From the human T2T-CHM13v2.0 reference genome, Homo sapiens, in NCBI RefSeq assembly GCF_009914755.1, contig NC_060932.1: a DNA stretch of 64,000 nucleotides; one strand, 5' to 3'. Positions 49,804 through 63,851 of the stretch are shown here, piece by piece. The notes beneath the pieces are model-generated. The model saw nothing but the letters and a program-made list of their open reading frames with translations, made no database searches and was not told the DNA's origin. A program made the position numbers and the translations under genes. How positions within the stretch are numbered: the stretch's first letter is position 1; every line of letters begins with the position of its first letter.

Positions 49804-51334
49804 CTCCCCCCCACGCCCTCTAACCATAGACCTTTCACTCTCTGTACTAAGGGATGTAAGGGAGAAATCCGCTTTTCTCTTTGAACATTCCTACACTTCT
49901 GACATCCTCATATTTCCTTTATCTTGCACCTAAGCCAAAGTGGAGAGGAGAGTCTAAGCCAAAGTTTGCTTCTGAAGTTCTTTGCATAATCACTTGAATT
50001 GCCTCAGCTGTCCCCTCTCCAATGCTCTGTTCTATTTGGGCTCTTGCTTCTGTCACCCTTAGTTGTCAGAAACAGCCATAATAAGGTCTTTTTTAACCTC
50101 TTCTTTCTTAATTAAATTCAAAATCCCCATTGTTAGCTTAAATCTTCAAATGTTTCAGTTACTTGGGATTGTAATTAAAATCCAATCTCATCTTTATTCA
50201 TTTCCATTTAACTAGCTTTCTTATTTTCCCAGTAATTTAATTCTACCATTTGACTGCAACCTACTTGACATTCTCTCTCACTCACCCCTCATTTATCAAT
50301 AGTGAATGTTTTCCCATATTTTCAATATATTTAGTTTTTAATTCCTCCAATGTCTGTGAAAATAGTAGAAACATTCTATCTTCTGGAGTAAATTCACCCA
50401 AGAAAATGGACTCTGGGGAAGAACTAGTGGTGAAAGATAAAATAAAAATGATGATATAGCAAAGGTAATTAATTCCTTTGAAAGCTCCTATTAATTTATT
50501 TAGGGATCTCAATATATAGATCAATAAATAATTACAGTCAGTAATATATGGCAAACTGAGATTTTTAGATTATATGTCACCAGTCATTCTCCCCGTTCCC
50601 ATAAGCATGCATTTCCTCAGTTCCAGAAGGGTTCATGTCACTTTTGTGAAGCCTGGTGGAATAAATATTGCCCTGGAGTTGGACAGACCTCAGTTAATTC
50701 CTTGCTCTGTTACTCATTCCTGGGTGGCTCTGAAAAAGTTACTCAGAGCTCTAATGTCTCCATTTGTAAAATGAAATAGAAGCTAATAATATTCTGCAAG
50801 GGTAATAGCATTAAAAGTTACTTAAAGATACTTACATATTTGTTAACCACACTGCTCCCTGCCTAAAGAGAGAGAGAGAGAGACAGAGACAGGCAAATAG
50901 ACAAGGTAATTCTACCAAAAGTAGCTATGCTTTCTCTTCCTTTTAACTTCTAGATAAGGTCCCATCCTACATCCTGTGGAAGTGAAAAGCCCTTCTTCAC
51001 ATTTCCCCAGATCCCCAGGAGACTTCATTTTCATTAGCATCCTTACCTGAAACTCCTTGTTTCTATTTAATCAGTTGGATTTATGATCATCCCTGTGCCC
51101 TTGTATGTGGTTCCTATTCATACTACCTTGACACAGATGTCAAACTTAGAGACCTCTGTGGTTTCTGTACCCATCCTACCCTCCCCAAAAAGAAAAACCT
51201 AGAAGAAAAAACACAAAACTCTGTACACAAAACCTTCTTGATTTTGGCAGCCAATGTTAACAAAAGAAGACTGCAGAAGGAGAAAGAAATATTACAGCAT
51301 TGCAAACAACTGCAACAGAATACTCAACACTTCT

Positions 51335-51633
51335 TCATTTATTTTTTTTTTTTAGACAGAGTCTCACTCTGTCACACAGGCTGGAGTGCAGTGGTATGAT
51401 CTCAACTCACTGCAACCTCTGCATCCCAGTTCAAGTGATTCTCCCAACTCAGCCTCCCAAGTAGCTGGGACTACAGTTGAGCACCACCACGCCTGGCTAA
51501 TTTTTGTATTTTTAGTAGAGTCTGGGTTTCACCATGTTGGCCAGGCTGGTCTCAAACTCCTGACCTCAAGTAATCCGCCCACCTTGGCCTCCCAAAGTGC
51601 TGGGATTACAGGCGTGAACCACCGTGCCTGGCC
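51335..51633 (-). mobile_element. AluS
   Basis: Antisense full-length Alu; TSD aaca(c/t)ttct. Confidence 0.92.
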
Positions 51634-51776
51634 AACATTTCTATTTTCAAGTCCTTCCAACTGTCCATCCTTGGGGATTTTTCTTTAGCCACGTTTTTCC
51701 ATGCCACACTCCAAGTCCTATGCTGTCATAGCAATTTCATGTTCTCTGTTTGGAGACAAGATGCTTCCTGAAACTC

Positions 51777-54015
51777 TGTGTCCCCACCCAAATCTCATCT
51801 TGAATTATAGTTCCCATTATCCCCACATGTAGTGGGAGGGACCAGGTGAAGATAATTGAATCATAGAGGCAGTTTCCCCCATCCTGTTCTCATGATAGTG
51901 AGTTAGTTCTTATGAGTTCTGATGGTTTTATAAGGGACTTTCCCCTTTTTCTGAACACTCATTCTCTCTCCTGCCACCCTGTAAAAAGGTGCCTTCCACC
52001 ATGATTGTAAGTTTCCTGAGGTCTCCCCAGCCATGTGGAACTATCAGTTAAACCTCTTTCCTTTATAAATTATGCAGTCTTGGATATTTCTTCATAGCAG
52101 TATGAGAATGGACTAATACAGTAAATTGGTACCACAGAGAGTGGGGTGCTGCTATAAGGATACTTTATGTGGAAATGACTTTGGAACTGGGTAATAGGCA
52201 GAAGTTGGGACAGTTTGGAGGGCTCAGAAGAAGACAGGAAAATGTGGGAAAGTTTGGAACTTCCTAGAGACTTGTTGAATGGCTTTGACCAAAATGCTGA
52301 TGGTGATATGGACAATGAAGTCCAGGCTGAGGTGGTCTCAGATGGAGATGAGGAACTTGTTGAGAACTGGAGTAAAGGTCACTCTTGCTAGGCAAAGAGA
52401 CTGGTGGCATTTTGCCCCTGCCCTAGAGATCTGTGGAACTTTGAACTTGAGAGAGATAATTTAGGGTATCTGGGGTAAGAAATTTCTAAGCAGCAAAGTG
52501 TTCAAGTGGAAGCAGAGCACAAAAGTTTGGAAACTTTGCAGCCTGACGATGCAATAAAAAAGAAAACCACATTTTCTGGGGAGAAATTCAAGCTGGCTGC
52601 AGAAATTTGCACACGGAGCCAAACGTTAATCACCAAGACAATGGGGAAAATGTCTTCAGGGCATGTCAGCAGCCTCTCCCTTCATATGCCTGGAAGCCTG
52701 GGAGGGAAAAATGGTTTCCTGGACTGGGACAAGGGCCCCCTCTCCATTTCCACCCCACCTGTGCAGCCTCAGGGCATGGTTCCCTGCATCCCAGCTGCTT
52801 CAGCTCTATCCATGACTAAAAGGGGCCAAGGAACAGCTCAGGCCATTACTTCGGAGGGTGCAAGCCCCAATCCTTGGCAGCTTCCACATGGTGTTGAGCC
52901 TGTAGGTGCACAGAAGTCAGGAATTGAGGTTTGGGCCTCTGTCTAGATTTCAGAGGATGAATGGAAACACCTGGATGTCTAGGCAGCAGTTTGTTGCAGG
53001 GGCGGAGTGCTCATGGAAAACCTCTGTTAAGGCAGTGTGGAAAGGGAAATGTGGGATCAGAACCCCCAAACAGAGTCCCCACTGGGGCACTGCCTATAGA
53101 ACTATGAGAAGAGGGCCACTATCCTCCAGACCCCAGAATGGTAGATCCACTGATAGCTTGCACTATGTGCCTAGAAAAGCTGTAGACATTCAACACCAGC
53201 CTATGAAGGCAGCTGGAAGGGGGTGCTGTATCCTGCAAAGCCACAGCGGCAGAGCTGCCCAAAGCCATAGGAGCCCACCTCTTGCATCAATATGCCCTGG
53301 ATGTGAAACATGGAGTCAAAGATCATTTTGGAGCTTTAAGATATGACTGCCCCACTGGATTTCAGACCTGCATATGGCCTGTAGCCCCTTTGTTTTTGCC
53401 AATTTCTCCCATTTGAAATGGTTGTATTTACTAAATGCCTGTGCCCCCATTGTAACTAGGAACTAACTAACCTGCTTTTGATTTTACAGGCTCCTAGGCA
53501 GAAGGAACTTGCCTTGTCTCAGATGAGACTTTAGACTTGAACTTTTGAGTTAATGCTGGAATGAATTAAGACTTTATGGGACTGTTGGAAGGGGAGAGCA
53601 TGATTGTGTTTTGAATTGTGACAACATGAGATTTGGGAGGGGCCAAGGGCGCAATGATATGGTTTGGCTGTGTCCCTACCCAAATCTCGTCTTGAATTGT
53701 AATCCCATAATCCCCACATGTTGTGGGAGAGACTCAGTGGGAGGTAATTGAATCATGGGGGTAATTACCCTCATCCTGTTCTCATGATAGTGAGTTAGTT
53801 CTCACAAGATCCCATGGTTTTGTAAGGGGCATCCCCCTCTGCTGGGCTCTTATTCTCTCTCCTGCCACCCTGTGAAGTGGTGCCTTCTGCCATGACTGTA
53901 AGTTTCCTGAGGCCTCCCCAGCCCTGCAGAACCGTGAGTCAATTAACCCTCTTTCCTTTATAAATTACCCAGTCTCAAGTAGTTCTTTATAGCAGCATGA
54001 GAACGGACTAATACA
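51777..54015 (+). mobile_element. Near-complete THE1 (THE1C/D-like) MaLR element (LTR 51777-52120, internal region, LTR 53655-54015)
   Basis: Two ~350 bp LTRs ending GGACTAATACA, ~1.5 kb internal region, 5 bp TSD AACTC at 51772-51776 and 54016-54020. Confidence 0.92.
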
Positions 54016-56342
54016 AACTCCAAATTCTCTCTCTGTATTAATAGAGAAAATTACGTCTCTTCTGCCTCTGATCATAAACTTAGCCCATAAGCAAAACCAA
54101 TTGAGGTCCTCAGCAGGAAAAGGTGGGGTGGGAAGAGTTCATTCAGTAGGATTTTCCTTTCTTAGAAGTTGTAGTAAATAGCATTTCCCCCATTCATTAC
54201 ATAATGATTTGGATCTTGTTCTTAATGAAAGTGTGGCTATAGCATTGCAGTTTTTAAAAATGCCACTTAATTAGAGTTTATAAATCTAAGAATATAGAAC
54301 TACCTCAACATAAGTGTAATAAGTACAATACACACAAGATCAAGGCTACATGCCTGTGCAGTTTGGTGTCAATGTTCTCAAACAGCCATAGTCCATAGTT
54401 TAAATAGTAAAAAAAAAGACCTTGATAAATATTGTTCAAGATCTACTCTTATCAGTAAGCAGCCTTGATCTTTGCTGTTGGGTCCAGAGTTGATCAGGAT
54501 CTGTATATCACCTGCTGGCATATGTTGACTTTGGAAGCTTTGTAGCTATTTAGTGTCAAAATGCTTGGCATTTCTAAGCTTTCTAATATACATGCATGTA
54601 CACAGCACTTCTGACACTTCTTTATTCTAATAGATATAGTCATGAGTTTACCTTTTTGTATAAGTCTATTGTTGTAAAAGCTTTGAAAAGTGTGCCATTT
54701 CAAACCAAACAGAACAAAGAGAGGAAAATCGTATCCTCAATTCAATTACCATATCTCCATAGAACCAATCTTGGGTCCTCATGCTTTATTAGAGATTTAT
54801 TTTTCAAGCGCTTATAAAATGTCATGTGTGGCCAGCAAAATATGAACTCAAGATGGAATAGAGGCTGGAGTGTGGAGAAAGTTCTTGCAATCCTTCCCTG
54901 AACTTCATAATGTCCAAAATCAGTTGAAAAACTAAGAAAAACAGCATATGCCATGACTTCAGAGGCTTGAAGAAAATTTTCAGTTAAATTGTAGTAGATT
55001 AAATTCTATGTTGTTCTATGCTGTTCTCCCCATCTACCTAGCATTGTGGCAAATATCTGAAATTTGTCCTTTCTGTTTTAGTTCAGAACTCTAGACAAAC
55101 TCTGAATCTTCAGAAGTATTATCTGGATATGTTTTAGTTCAGAGGTGGACTTGATCACCTTTACTGAGAAAGCAGGATTTCAAGGAGGGCAAGGCTTCTT
55201 CTAAACTAAGATTTTATAATGCAGCTTTATTTCTGGCCTAACAAGCCACAAGCCAGCCCAGACTCAAGGAGAGGGCAAATGGACTCCACTTCTCAATGAG
55301 AGGAGTAATACTTTTTATCTGCCACAATTTCATTGTCCAGAAACATTACTCTCTAATAAACTTTTATACGTAAAGGGACATTTCTAAAAGCCAAGATGGA
55401 TTCTAAGCATGACATAAAGGTTTAGATCTAAGACACAGAGTCATTATGATAGCTCACTAGGAAGTTCTTTTCTTTTTTTTTTTTTTGGTTTTGGAGTTGT
55501 ATACCCAAATGTCAGTACTATGCCATACCCTATTTTGGGGATCCATTCCTCTTGTGATATAGCTTCAAAAATACTCACTCTAGGTTAAGATAAGCCATTT
55601 CATTAGGCATTGTGGGCAGTTGGTTAGGGAGAAATGCTTTTTTCTAAAACAGTTAATATTTATATTTGTATCAAAAAGTATTACTGAATGCTAGAAATAA
55701 TCTCCCAGGGTCTGGTAGTTGTGCTTTACCTACTTCAATATATAACTAATATGTATTTTTATTTTACATCTAGTATCTCTCAACTAACAGCTAATGGAAG
55801 CTAATCAGCTGCTAATAAGTACACGTTGTCTGTGATGTTCAAGGTTTTACAGATAGTATCAACAGGTCCCACAACAAAAACAACTTGAGCAAAACTGATC
55901 TTTTTAGCTCTACAGCTTACACAAACTCACTTTGTCAGCTTTGGAATCAAGCCATTGACTGAGGCAACTATCATATGAACAGTCCCTGTGGATGGAAGCC
56001 TCCCAGGTTGTGTGCCATAAATAGGTGACAGCAGGGCACAGAGAGGCAGCACGTGGCAGGCCAGTTGGGCACTGGAACTCCTAAAGCCCCAAGTCAATGA
56101 CCAGCTTCAAGCAGGATCTTCTAATTGCTCCCAAAGGACTAAAATAGAATGTATTCTGTGTTGTGGTTTTCTACCACGATGGAGAAAAAATTAACATGCA
56201 CTCACCTAGTAACAGCTATCATCATTACATTTTTTAATATCCAGGTTTGAAGAGCTTCCGACCTAATATCTAGATCAATTTATCAAGAAATATATGTTTT
56301 CTAATAACAGCAAGGTTCCAGAATGTTGATCTCACCCCCAGT

Positions 56343-56730
56343 GTTTTATCTTATTGTAGTAAAATACATGTAACAAAAATTTACCATTTACATCATTTCA
56401 AATAGACATTTCAGTAGTGTTAAGTATATTCATAGTGTTGTGCAACCATCACCACCATCTACCTCCAGAACATTTTCATTTTTCCAAACTGAAACCCTAT
56501 ACCAATTAAACAACAACTCTCCATTTCTCTCTCCCTCCACTCACCATTCCACTTTCTGTCTCTATGAATTTGACTCCTATAAATAAGTGAAATCATACAG
56601 AACGTGTCTTTTTGTAACTGGCTTATTTCACTTAACAAAAGTTTCAGTCTTATTGTTGCATGTGACAGAATTTCTTTCTTTTCTAAGGCTGAATAATATT
56701 CAATTGTATGTATATACCACATTTTGTTTA
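56343..56730 (-). mobile_element. L1MA/L1MB 3' end
   Basis: Antisense L1 3'UTR (gtgttgtgcaaccatcaccaccatct, ggctgaataatattc). Confidence 0.8.
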
Positions 56731-57599
56731 GACTATCTTTGTTTTGTACATGTTTTTATTACTGATACAAACTTACTTGACTCCCTGGAGCAAGATCCAG
56801 GTACCTAGAAGTCACTGCAGTATGATCCTTTTTTTTCTTTTTAACTATCCCCTTAAGTAAACCCATCTGCTCATAAATCAGCTACCATACTTCATTTTTG
56901 CCTTGGAAATGTGTAATGGATGTTATATAATGAAAATGGGACAAACATTATTAGAACTCTAAAACGGGCTAAAGCATTTGAGTGTCTGTGACATTGAATG
57001 AAATGTCCTTTATGGCTGAGTTCATTAAAGAATTGTATTGATGAAGACTCTTGCTTGCTAGTGATTTACTGGGTATCTTACAGAATTTAAAGAGAATCTG
57101 AGGATCAGGAAGGAAAGGATTCATTGGGGATGCAAAAACAAGTGGAAGCAGGAAATCAAATACCATTGAGATCTTCACTTACATTATCTACTTCTATCTG
57201 TCTCTATCCTTCCCTCTGTGCATACTGGCCTTTTCCATGGGGCAGCAAATATAACAGCTTCAGAATCTGACTGAGCCTTAACAACTGTCAACAGGTGGAT
57301 TTTTAATAGCCTTTGAGAAGGGGGTCCTCCCCAAAACCCACTTCAGATGTGACTGTGAAGATAATGAGTACCTACTGCCCAGAGGGTAGATCCAGAGACC
57401 CCAGAGAAGGACAGACAGAGCATTCTCTATTGAGAGTAGGATCAAGATCTACTTAATGACACACACACACACACTCTTACACTGCCACAGCAGCGCCTGC
57501 CCTATGAGATTCTGGCTTTGCTACAGAGCAGTGACTATTGTATTCCTTTTCTGAATGGGAGTTTTTTTGTTCTTTGTTCTCTATTTTCTGTTTTTGTCT

Positions 57600-59512
57600 T
57601 TTATTTATTATTTTTGAATTGACAAATGAAAAATTGCATATATTTGTGGTGTACAATGTGGTACATGTTTTGATATATGTATACACTGTGGAATGATTAA
57701 ATCAAGCTAATTAACATATCCATCACCTTCACATCCTTACAATTTTTGTAATAATAATATTTAAAATCTACTCTCTTAGCAATTTTCAAGCATACAGTGC
57801 ATTATTATTAGCTATAGTAACCATGCTGTTCAATAGATCTCCAGATTGTATTCCTTCCTCCTAATTAAAACTCTGTACCCTTTAACCAACATTTCCCCAT
57901 CTCCACCCACACCTCCAGCCCCTGGTAACCACTGTTCTACTCCCTACTTCTATGAGTTTGACTTCTTAAGGTTTCACATGTAATTGAGGTCATGCAGTAT
58001 TTGGCTTTTTGTGCCTGGCTTATTTCCCTAAGCATAATGTTCTCCTGGTATATCCATATTGTTGTAAATAAAAGGATTTATTTCTATCTTAAAGCTGAAT
58101 AGTATTCCATTGTGTATGCATATCATATGTTATTTATCCATTCATCTAAGTTTGCCTGGATGTCTTGGCCATTGTGAATGGTGCTACAATAAACATAAGA
58201 GTGTAGATATCTTTTCATCATACTGTCTTCATTTTCTTTGGATATACACTTAGTAGTGGGATTGCTAGATCATACAATTGTTCCATTTTTAATTTTTTGA
58301 GAAAGGTTCCTACTATTTTTCTATAATAACAGCATTAATTTACATTGCCACCAACAATGTACAAGGGTTCTCTTCTCTTCATACACTCACCAACCTTTGC
58401 TAGCTTTTGTCTTTTGATAATAGCCATCTTAACAGGTGTAAGATGATATCACTCAATATGGTTTTGATTTGCATTTCTCTGATGATTGGTGATGTTGAGC
58501 ACCTTTTCATATACCTGTTAGCCTTTTGTATGTCTTCTTTTGAGAAATATCTATTCGGGTCCTTTGCTCATTTTTTAATTGTGTTGTTTTCTTGCTATTA
58601 CGTTGCTTGAGTTCCTGATATATTTTGTATATTAACCCCTTATCATATGAATGGTTTGCAAATATTGTCTCCCATTCTATAGATTATCTTTTCCTTTGCT
58701 GTGCAGAAGGTTTTTTAATTTGGTGCCATGCTGTTTGTCTATGTTTGGTTTTGTTGTTTTGGGATCACATTCGAAAAAATATTTGCCAAAACCAAAGTCA
58801 AGAAGCTTTTTTTTCTATTTTTTCTTCTGATAATTTTACAAATTGAGTTCTTACATTTAGTCTTTAATCCATTTTGAGTTGATTTTTGTATATGGGGTGA
58901 AATAAGTGTCCAATTCCATTTCTCTGCATGTGGATATCCAGTTTTCCCAACACCATTTATTGAAGAGACTGTTCTTTCCCCTGTTGTGTGATCTTGGCAC
59001 CTTTGTCAAAGACCAGTTGACTGTAATGTGTGGACTTATTTCCGGGCTCTCTATTCTGTTCCATTGCTCTGTATGTCTGTGTTTGTGCCAGTACTATATT
59101 GTTTTGGCTACTAAAGATTTATAGTAGATTTTGAAATCAAGTAGTGTGATTCCTCCACTTTTGTTCCTTTGGCTCAAGACTTCTTTGGCGACTTGGGGTC
59201 TCCTGTGGTTTCATACAAATTTAACATTGTTTTTATATTTCTATGAAAAATGTCATTAGAATTTTGATAGGGACTCTGCTGAATCTGTATATGGCTTTGA
59301 ATAGTATGGCCATTTTTACAATATTATTTTTTTCAGTTCATGAACATGAAGCATTTTTCATTTATTTGTATCTTCTTCAATTTTTTCCATCAATGTTTTA
59401 TAATTTTCAGTGTACAGATCTTTCATCTGTTAGTTAAATTTATTTCTAAGTAACTTTTATTCTTGTAAAATGGAATTGTACTCTTGATTTCTTCTTTGGA
59501 TAGTTCACTGTT
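57600..59512 (-). mobile_element. L1MA-type 3' fragment (~1.9 kb)
   Basis: Antisense L1 ORF2 C-terminal and 3'UTR sequence (gatgttgagcaccttttcatatacctg, cagttttcccaacaccatttattgaagagact). Confidence 0.85.
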
Positions 59513-60128
59513 GGGCAAATGGGAGTTTTTATTACACTTATCTGAGCCTTGCACACTATGTTCTCAGCTGAAACACAACACATCAAACCACTTTGTGGCC
59601 TCATCTTCTGTAGGGTCTCCAAGCACAGCTGTTTGTATTTGACTCCCTTGTTCTGGTCTCTAGTCCTTCGCTCTTCCCACCTCTGCTCAGAGAGGGCTCA
59701 GGAAAGGAAGAAAAGCAATGTTCCTCCCTTTCTCCCCTTAGCCATTTTGTCAAACCTAGCTGGTATACCTCAGATCTTTCTTTCCCCAGAAAGAATTCCG
59801 TCAACATCTTCACCGCAGTCAGAGGCTAATGAGTTGAGATGTAAGTTTTAAATTCCCAACATCATTAACATGTTAGTGTTGGTCTTTAGTGGTCTGTCCC
59901 CACTGAGACTCTAGATGTTCCAAAATCAATATTAAGTCCTCAGTGATGGCTCTGGCTTTGAAAGAAAAATCTTCCTATCCCCAAACCAACTGTTACTAAA
60001 TAACATCTACCTTTCCCTTCATGTGAACAACAGCAGAAGGTCTTTGGGGCTTTGCCTTGGTGCCTACTGGGAAAGGGGTGTGATGGGGCAGTGCTACTCA
60101 ATTTGTAATCTATCCCCTCCTCACTCAA

Positions 60129-60428
60129 TTATTATTATTATTATTATTTGAGATGGGGTCTCACTCTGTTGCCCAGGCTGGAGTTCCGTGGTGCAATCTC
60201 AGCTCTCACTGCAGCCTCAACCTCGCAGCCCATCCTCCCACCTCAGCCTCCCTAGTAGCTGGGACTTCAGGCATGCACTGCCATCCCTAGCTATTTTTTT
60301 GTATTTTTGGTAGAGACAGGGTTTCACCATGTTGGTCAGGCTGGTCTCAAACTCCTGAGCTCAAGTAATCCACCTGCCTTGGCCTCCCAAAGTGCTAGGA
60401 TCACAAGTGTGAACCACCCTGTTCAGCC
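60129..60428 (-). mobile_element. AluJ with (ATT)n tail
   Basis: TSD cactc(a/t)attatt. Confidence 0.9.
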
Positions 60429-60544
60429 CACTCTATTATTTTAAAGACAGCAGCCTGCTCATTGAAAAGAAATACACACACACACACATACATCAGTTAT
60501 TCAGTTTGAGAATTCTAAGTTCTTTATTCTTTAGTCATTAGTTT

Positions 60545-60770
60545 TGTGGTGCAGAGCACGTGCTTTCAAGTCAGATCTCTGGGGTTCAGAGGACTGGTCA
60601 CAAATTATTTAACTTCTATAAGTCTCAGTTTTCTCATATGTAAAAAGAGCTAATAACATTACATACTTCCTGTGGTGATTGAGAGGGTCGAATGGACACT
60701 CACGAAAGCCCTCAGTACAGTGTCTAATAGATAATAAGCATGCAATAAATTTGCTATGATTACTATTATT
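60545..60770 (+). mobile_element. MIR
   Basis: Core gtctcagttttctcatatgtaaaa...cagtacagtgtct...caataaat. Confidence 0.7.
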
Positions 60771-61203
60771 CTCTACCAGTCCAAAACATTGGGTGGAATT
60801 AGACACCTGAAATTTCAATCTGATTTAATAAATCCAGAGGTCTGAGCCACGGAAATCTCAACGGAATTCGTATGTCACGTCCCATCACTAAGCTTTATTA
60901 ATTACAACAGCTTCCAGGTGATGGATGTACTCACTGTCCTGAACACATGGCTTGAAGGACAGAGTGAAGACTTATGAACTTTGTAAACTTCTCATGCTGC
61001 ACAAGATGAAGAAGACCTATTTTGGGAGATGTACCTCTGTGCCTTATATGATGATCCTCTTTAAGAAGTTGGCGGTTTGGCTCGGAATTCTCTTGTTTTT
61101 ACATTCCCAGCCTGACGAGCACATCATCAGAGTGCTATCTAAGTTCTCTTTACTGGCAGTTGCATGGTTTTCAGGTCTGTTAGGGAGGCATAGCTGTCCC
61201 CTG

Positions 61204-61320
61204 AAATCAATACTGAGTTGCAGGGATATGTTTACTTTGACTTTAGTCCTATTGGAATTCTGTGACCTTGGCCTAAAATGGACAGTGATCAAATATATTA
61301 TTTCTGAAGGGCAAAGTTAA
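61204..61320. promoter_or_regulatory. Candidate hepatocyte enhancer (HNF6/FOXA/NR5A2/HNF4 motif cluster)
   Basis: AAATCAATA 61204-61212, TGTTTAC 61229-61235, TGACCTTGG 61263-61271 and DR1-like AGGGCAAAGTTAA 61308-61320, in sequence not recognised as repeat. Motif evidence only. Confidence 0.45.
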
Positions 61321-61869
61321 GAGATTTAGCCTTAGGAATAGGAATGGGGACATCAGAAATAGGACAAAGCTGCTGCTCTTCAGGTTCTTGAAGGACTTCT
61401 CAAGGTGAGACTTAGTTCGTACGTCCCCTTTTCTCCGTGCTCCATGCCATGAGAGGGGAATTCCAGTCACACTCTGTCTGGCCAGCTGTTTATAATTCTG
61501 CTACTGCTGATGTTAAGCCATTTTATTTCTCTTTCAGTGCCACATCTCTGTGGAAAATGCACTTAACAAATATATTGCCTACTGTGTAAACTACTACAGA
61601 AAGTTCTTATTTTTATGCCCATAACATTCTGAAACCCAGAGCGTTAAGCAATCCCTTGTAATAAACGAAACTTCTGTAAGGCTTTCTCAGTGCCATCTAG
61701 CATTTCAAAGCACTCGTTTACTCCTCATAACAACCCTCTGAGTTCAGTGCTTTAGGTTCTGAGAACCTAAAGGTGAGGAAACCAAGGCATAGAGAGAGCT
61801 AAGACCATGAGGCTAGGAAGTGGAGGAGCAGAGCAGTGCATGCAGGCCCCCTGGTGCAGAACGCCGGCT

Positions 61870-62200
61870 CCAGCAGCCTCTGAGATGGTCCTCAGCGACC
61901 CTAGACTTCTGCTGTTCACGCCCTTGTGTGGGGACTGAAATTGTTGACTTTCAAGTCAAATACAACAAAATCATGGGATATCACGTCTGAGCTTAGGTTA
62001 CACTCATGTGTACCTACATGAATGAGTCCAGAAGCAGATTCCTCAGCCCCCATCTGGCCTGCAGATGACTGCAGCCTCCGGAAAGAGCCTGAACCTCAGG
62101 CACCCAGCTGAGCAGGTCTGGGTTGCTGCCCACTGAAGCCATGAGTTGAAGTTTATTGTTTTAAGCCACTACATTTTGGGGAAATTTGTGATATAGCAAC
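61870..62200 (+). mobile_element. MLT1 (F/G/H-type) LTR remnant
   Basis: cagcagcctctgagatggtcctc...gcagatgactgcagcc...ttttaagccactacattttgggg. Confidence 0.65.
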
Positions 62201-63510
62201 AACACAACACCTGAAACGTGCTGCTAGGTTTTTGTTGTTGTTGTTGTTGTTTATTTGTTTTAAAACAACACAAGATTTCACAATTAAAAGTAGCATTTCT
62301 TAATAAGGCCTATAGTTAGTGAGGGCACTTAGCCCGTGCCTGTGTTGATTACTGGCTCCATGCAAGTTCCTTATTCATCTTCAAGCAGGATTATTTCTGT
62401 ATCAATTTCATGATGATTAAAATTCTTTTTTTTTAATTTATCAAAGACTTTCTGAAATTCTAAACTTATTCATTGCTTACCCTTATTGATTTTTCTCTCT
62501 CAGAGAATTCCTCTGGTCATGCATACCTTACTGGAATTATGTGGACAACTTTTGTTTAGTGAAGAGTGATGGTGCCCCATAGTATAGGCTCTTTGAGCTT
62601 GGAACGTGTGGAAGGATCACCCAGGGGTAATCACCCCAGTCTGCCTTCCCCATCTGGTCCCTGCAGTATTTTTTTATCTTGTTCTATTTTATCTTTTCTT
62701 TCTTCTTCATCATGTGTGTGTGTCTGTATGTGTCCATTTGCGATCTTCTCAGCATCTGACACAAACTGACATACTCTGACCAGAAATTTTTTCCTAGATT
62801 CCAACAAAAATATCAAATTCTTTTCATGTGGGTTCAGTAGTTTTTCAACATTTATCAACATAGCTTAGAAATGCTGAGGGACAATAATATGATCTTGTTT
62901 GTTTTATAGAAAATTTGATCAGAAGAAACTCTTTAAAGTATTTATCAGTCAGAAACAGGCCAAGGACGTATTTAATCGGTGAGTCATCCCTTTTTTTTCC
63001 TGAAGTCTTTGTCCCATAATCATGGAGAGTCCCATAGAATGCACCCTTGAGGATTTGCCATTCACAATTGTGACCATTCTGGAAGGTCCCCCAGTGCTCA
63101 TAACATTTAGGAATTTGTGGTTTTGCCAACTGAGGTTTGTGTACATGAGTGAGGCACTCACTTAGCAGGTAGACACCTGACCATCAGCCCAACATCAGCA
63201 TCTTAACAGAATTCTATTGATATGTAATATAAGCAGAATACATGTAATATATGGCAGGCATACATTATGGGGTGATTGCATATTGCAGCAGTATTTTATA
63301 AATTTAGTAGGTCCGAGAAATACATCTCTAAGAGCAAAGGGGCTACTGAATCTTTATGTTGTTTTTGTTCTTTTGTTTCTTCTCAAATTCTTTTGGCCTG
63401 CCTCACTTTTAGTTTGCCGTCTAGAGTTGGAAATTTTTTGTTGTTGTTATTTGAAAATGTCTTTCCCTGCTTTTATTTTGTATAAATGCAAAGCGTTACT
63501 TATATTTGCA

Positions 63511-63534
63511 TGTGTGTGTGTGTGTGTGTGTGTG
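63511..63534. repeat. (TG)n microsatellite
   Basis: 12 TG units. Confidence 0.95.
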
Positions 63535-63851
63535 CCATGCCATATATGGAAAAGACTTCAGTTTTCTGCACTCTTACCCATCAGCCTTGCCACTACCATA
63601 AAGTGACTTTAGGGTATGTCTTGCTGACTTACCAAGAATAGAGAGATGGTTACATCATTTCACCAGAGGTAACCAAGGTCAACACTTTGTAAGTCACTAT
63701 TGACTCTAGATCACCTGCCAAAATTTCAAACACCATGAGACAGCATTGGAAGGCATCCAGTGAGAGTTTTTAATTTGGAGCACTGAGCCCCAGCGTGGTT
63801 TTGCAGGATTCATATGCCAAGTGAGTGATGATAAGGGCTAAAGAGTTGTAG

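Noticed and set aside
60952-61320. 122-aa ORF in unique sequence (also 63217-63606)
   Set aside because: Non-ATG start, no recognisable domain or convincing exon structure; better explained as non-coding or regulatory DNA.
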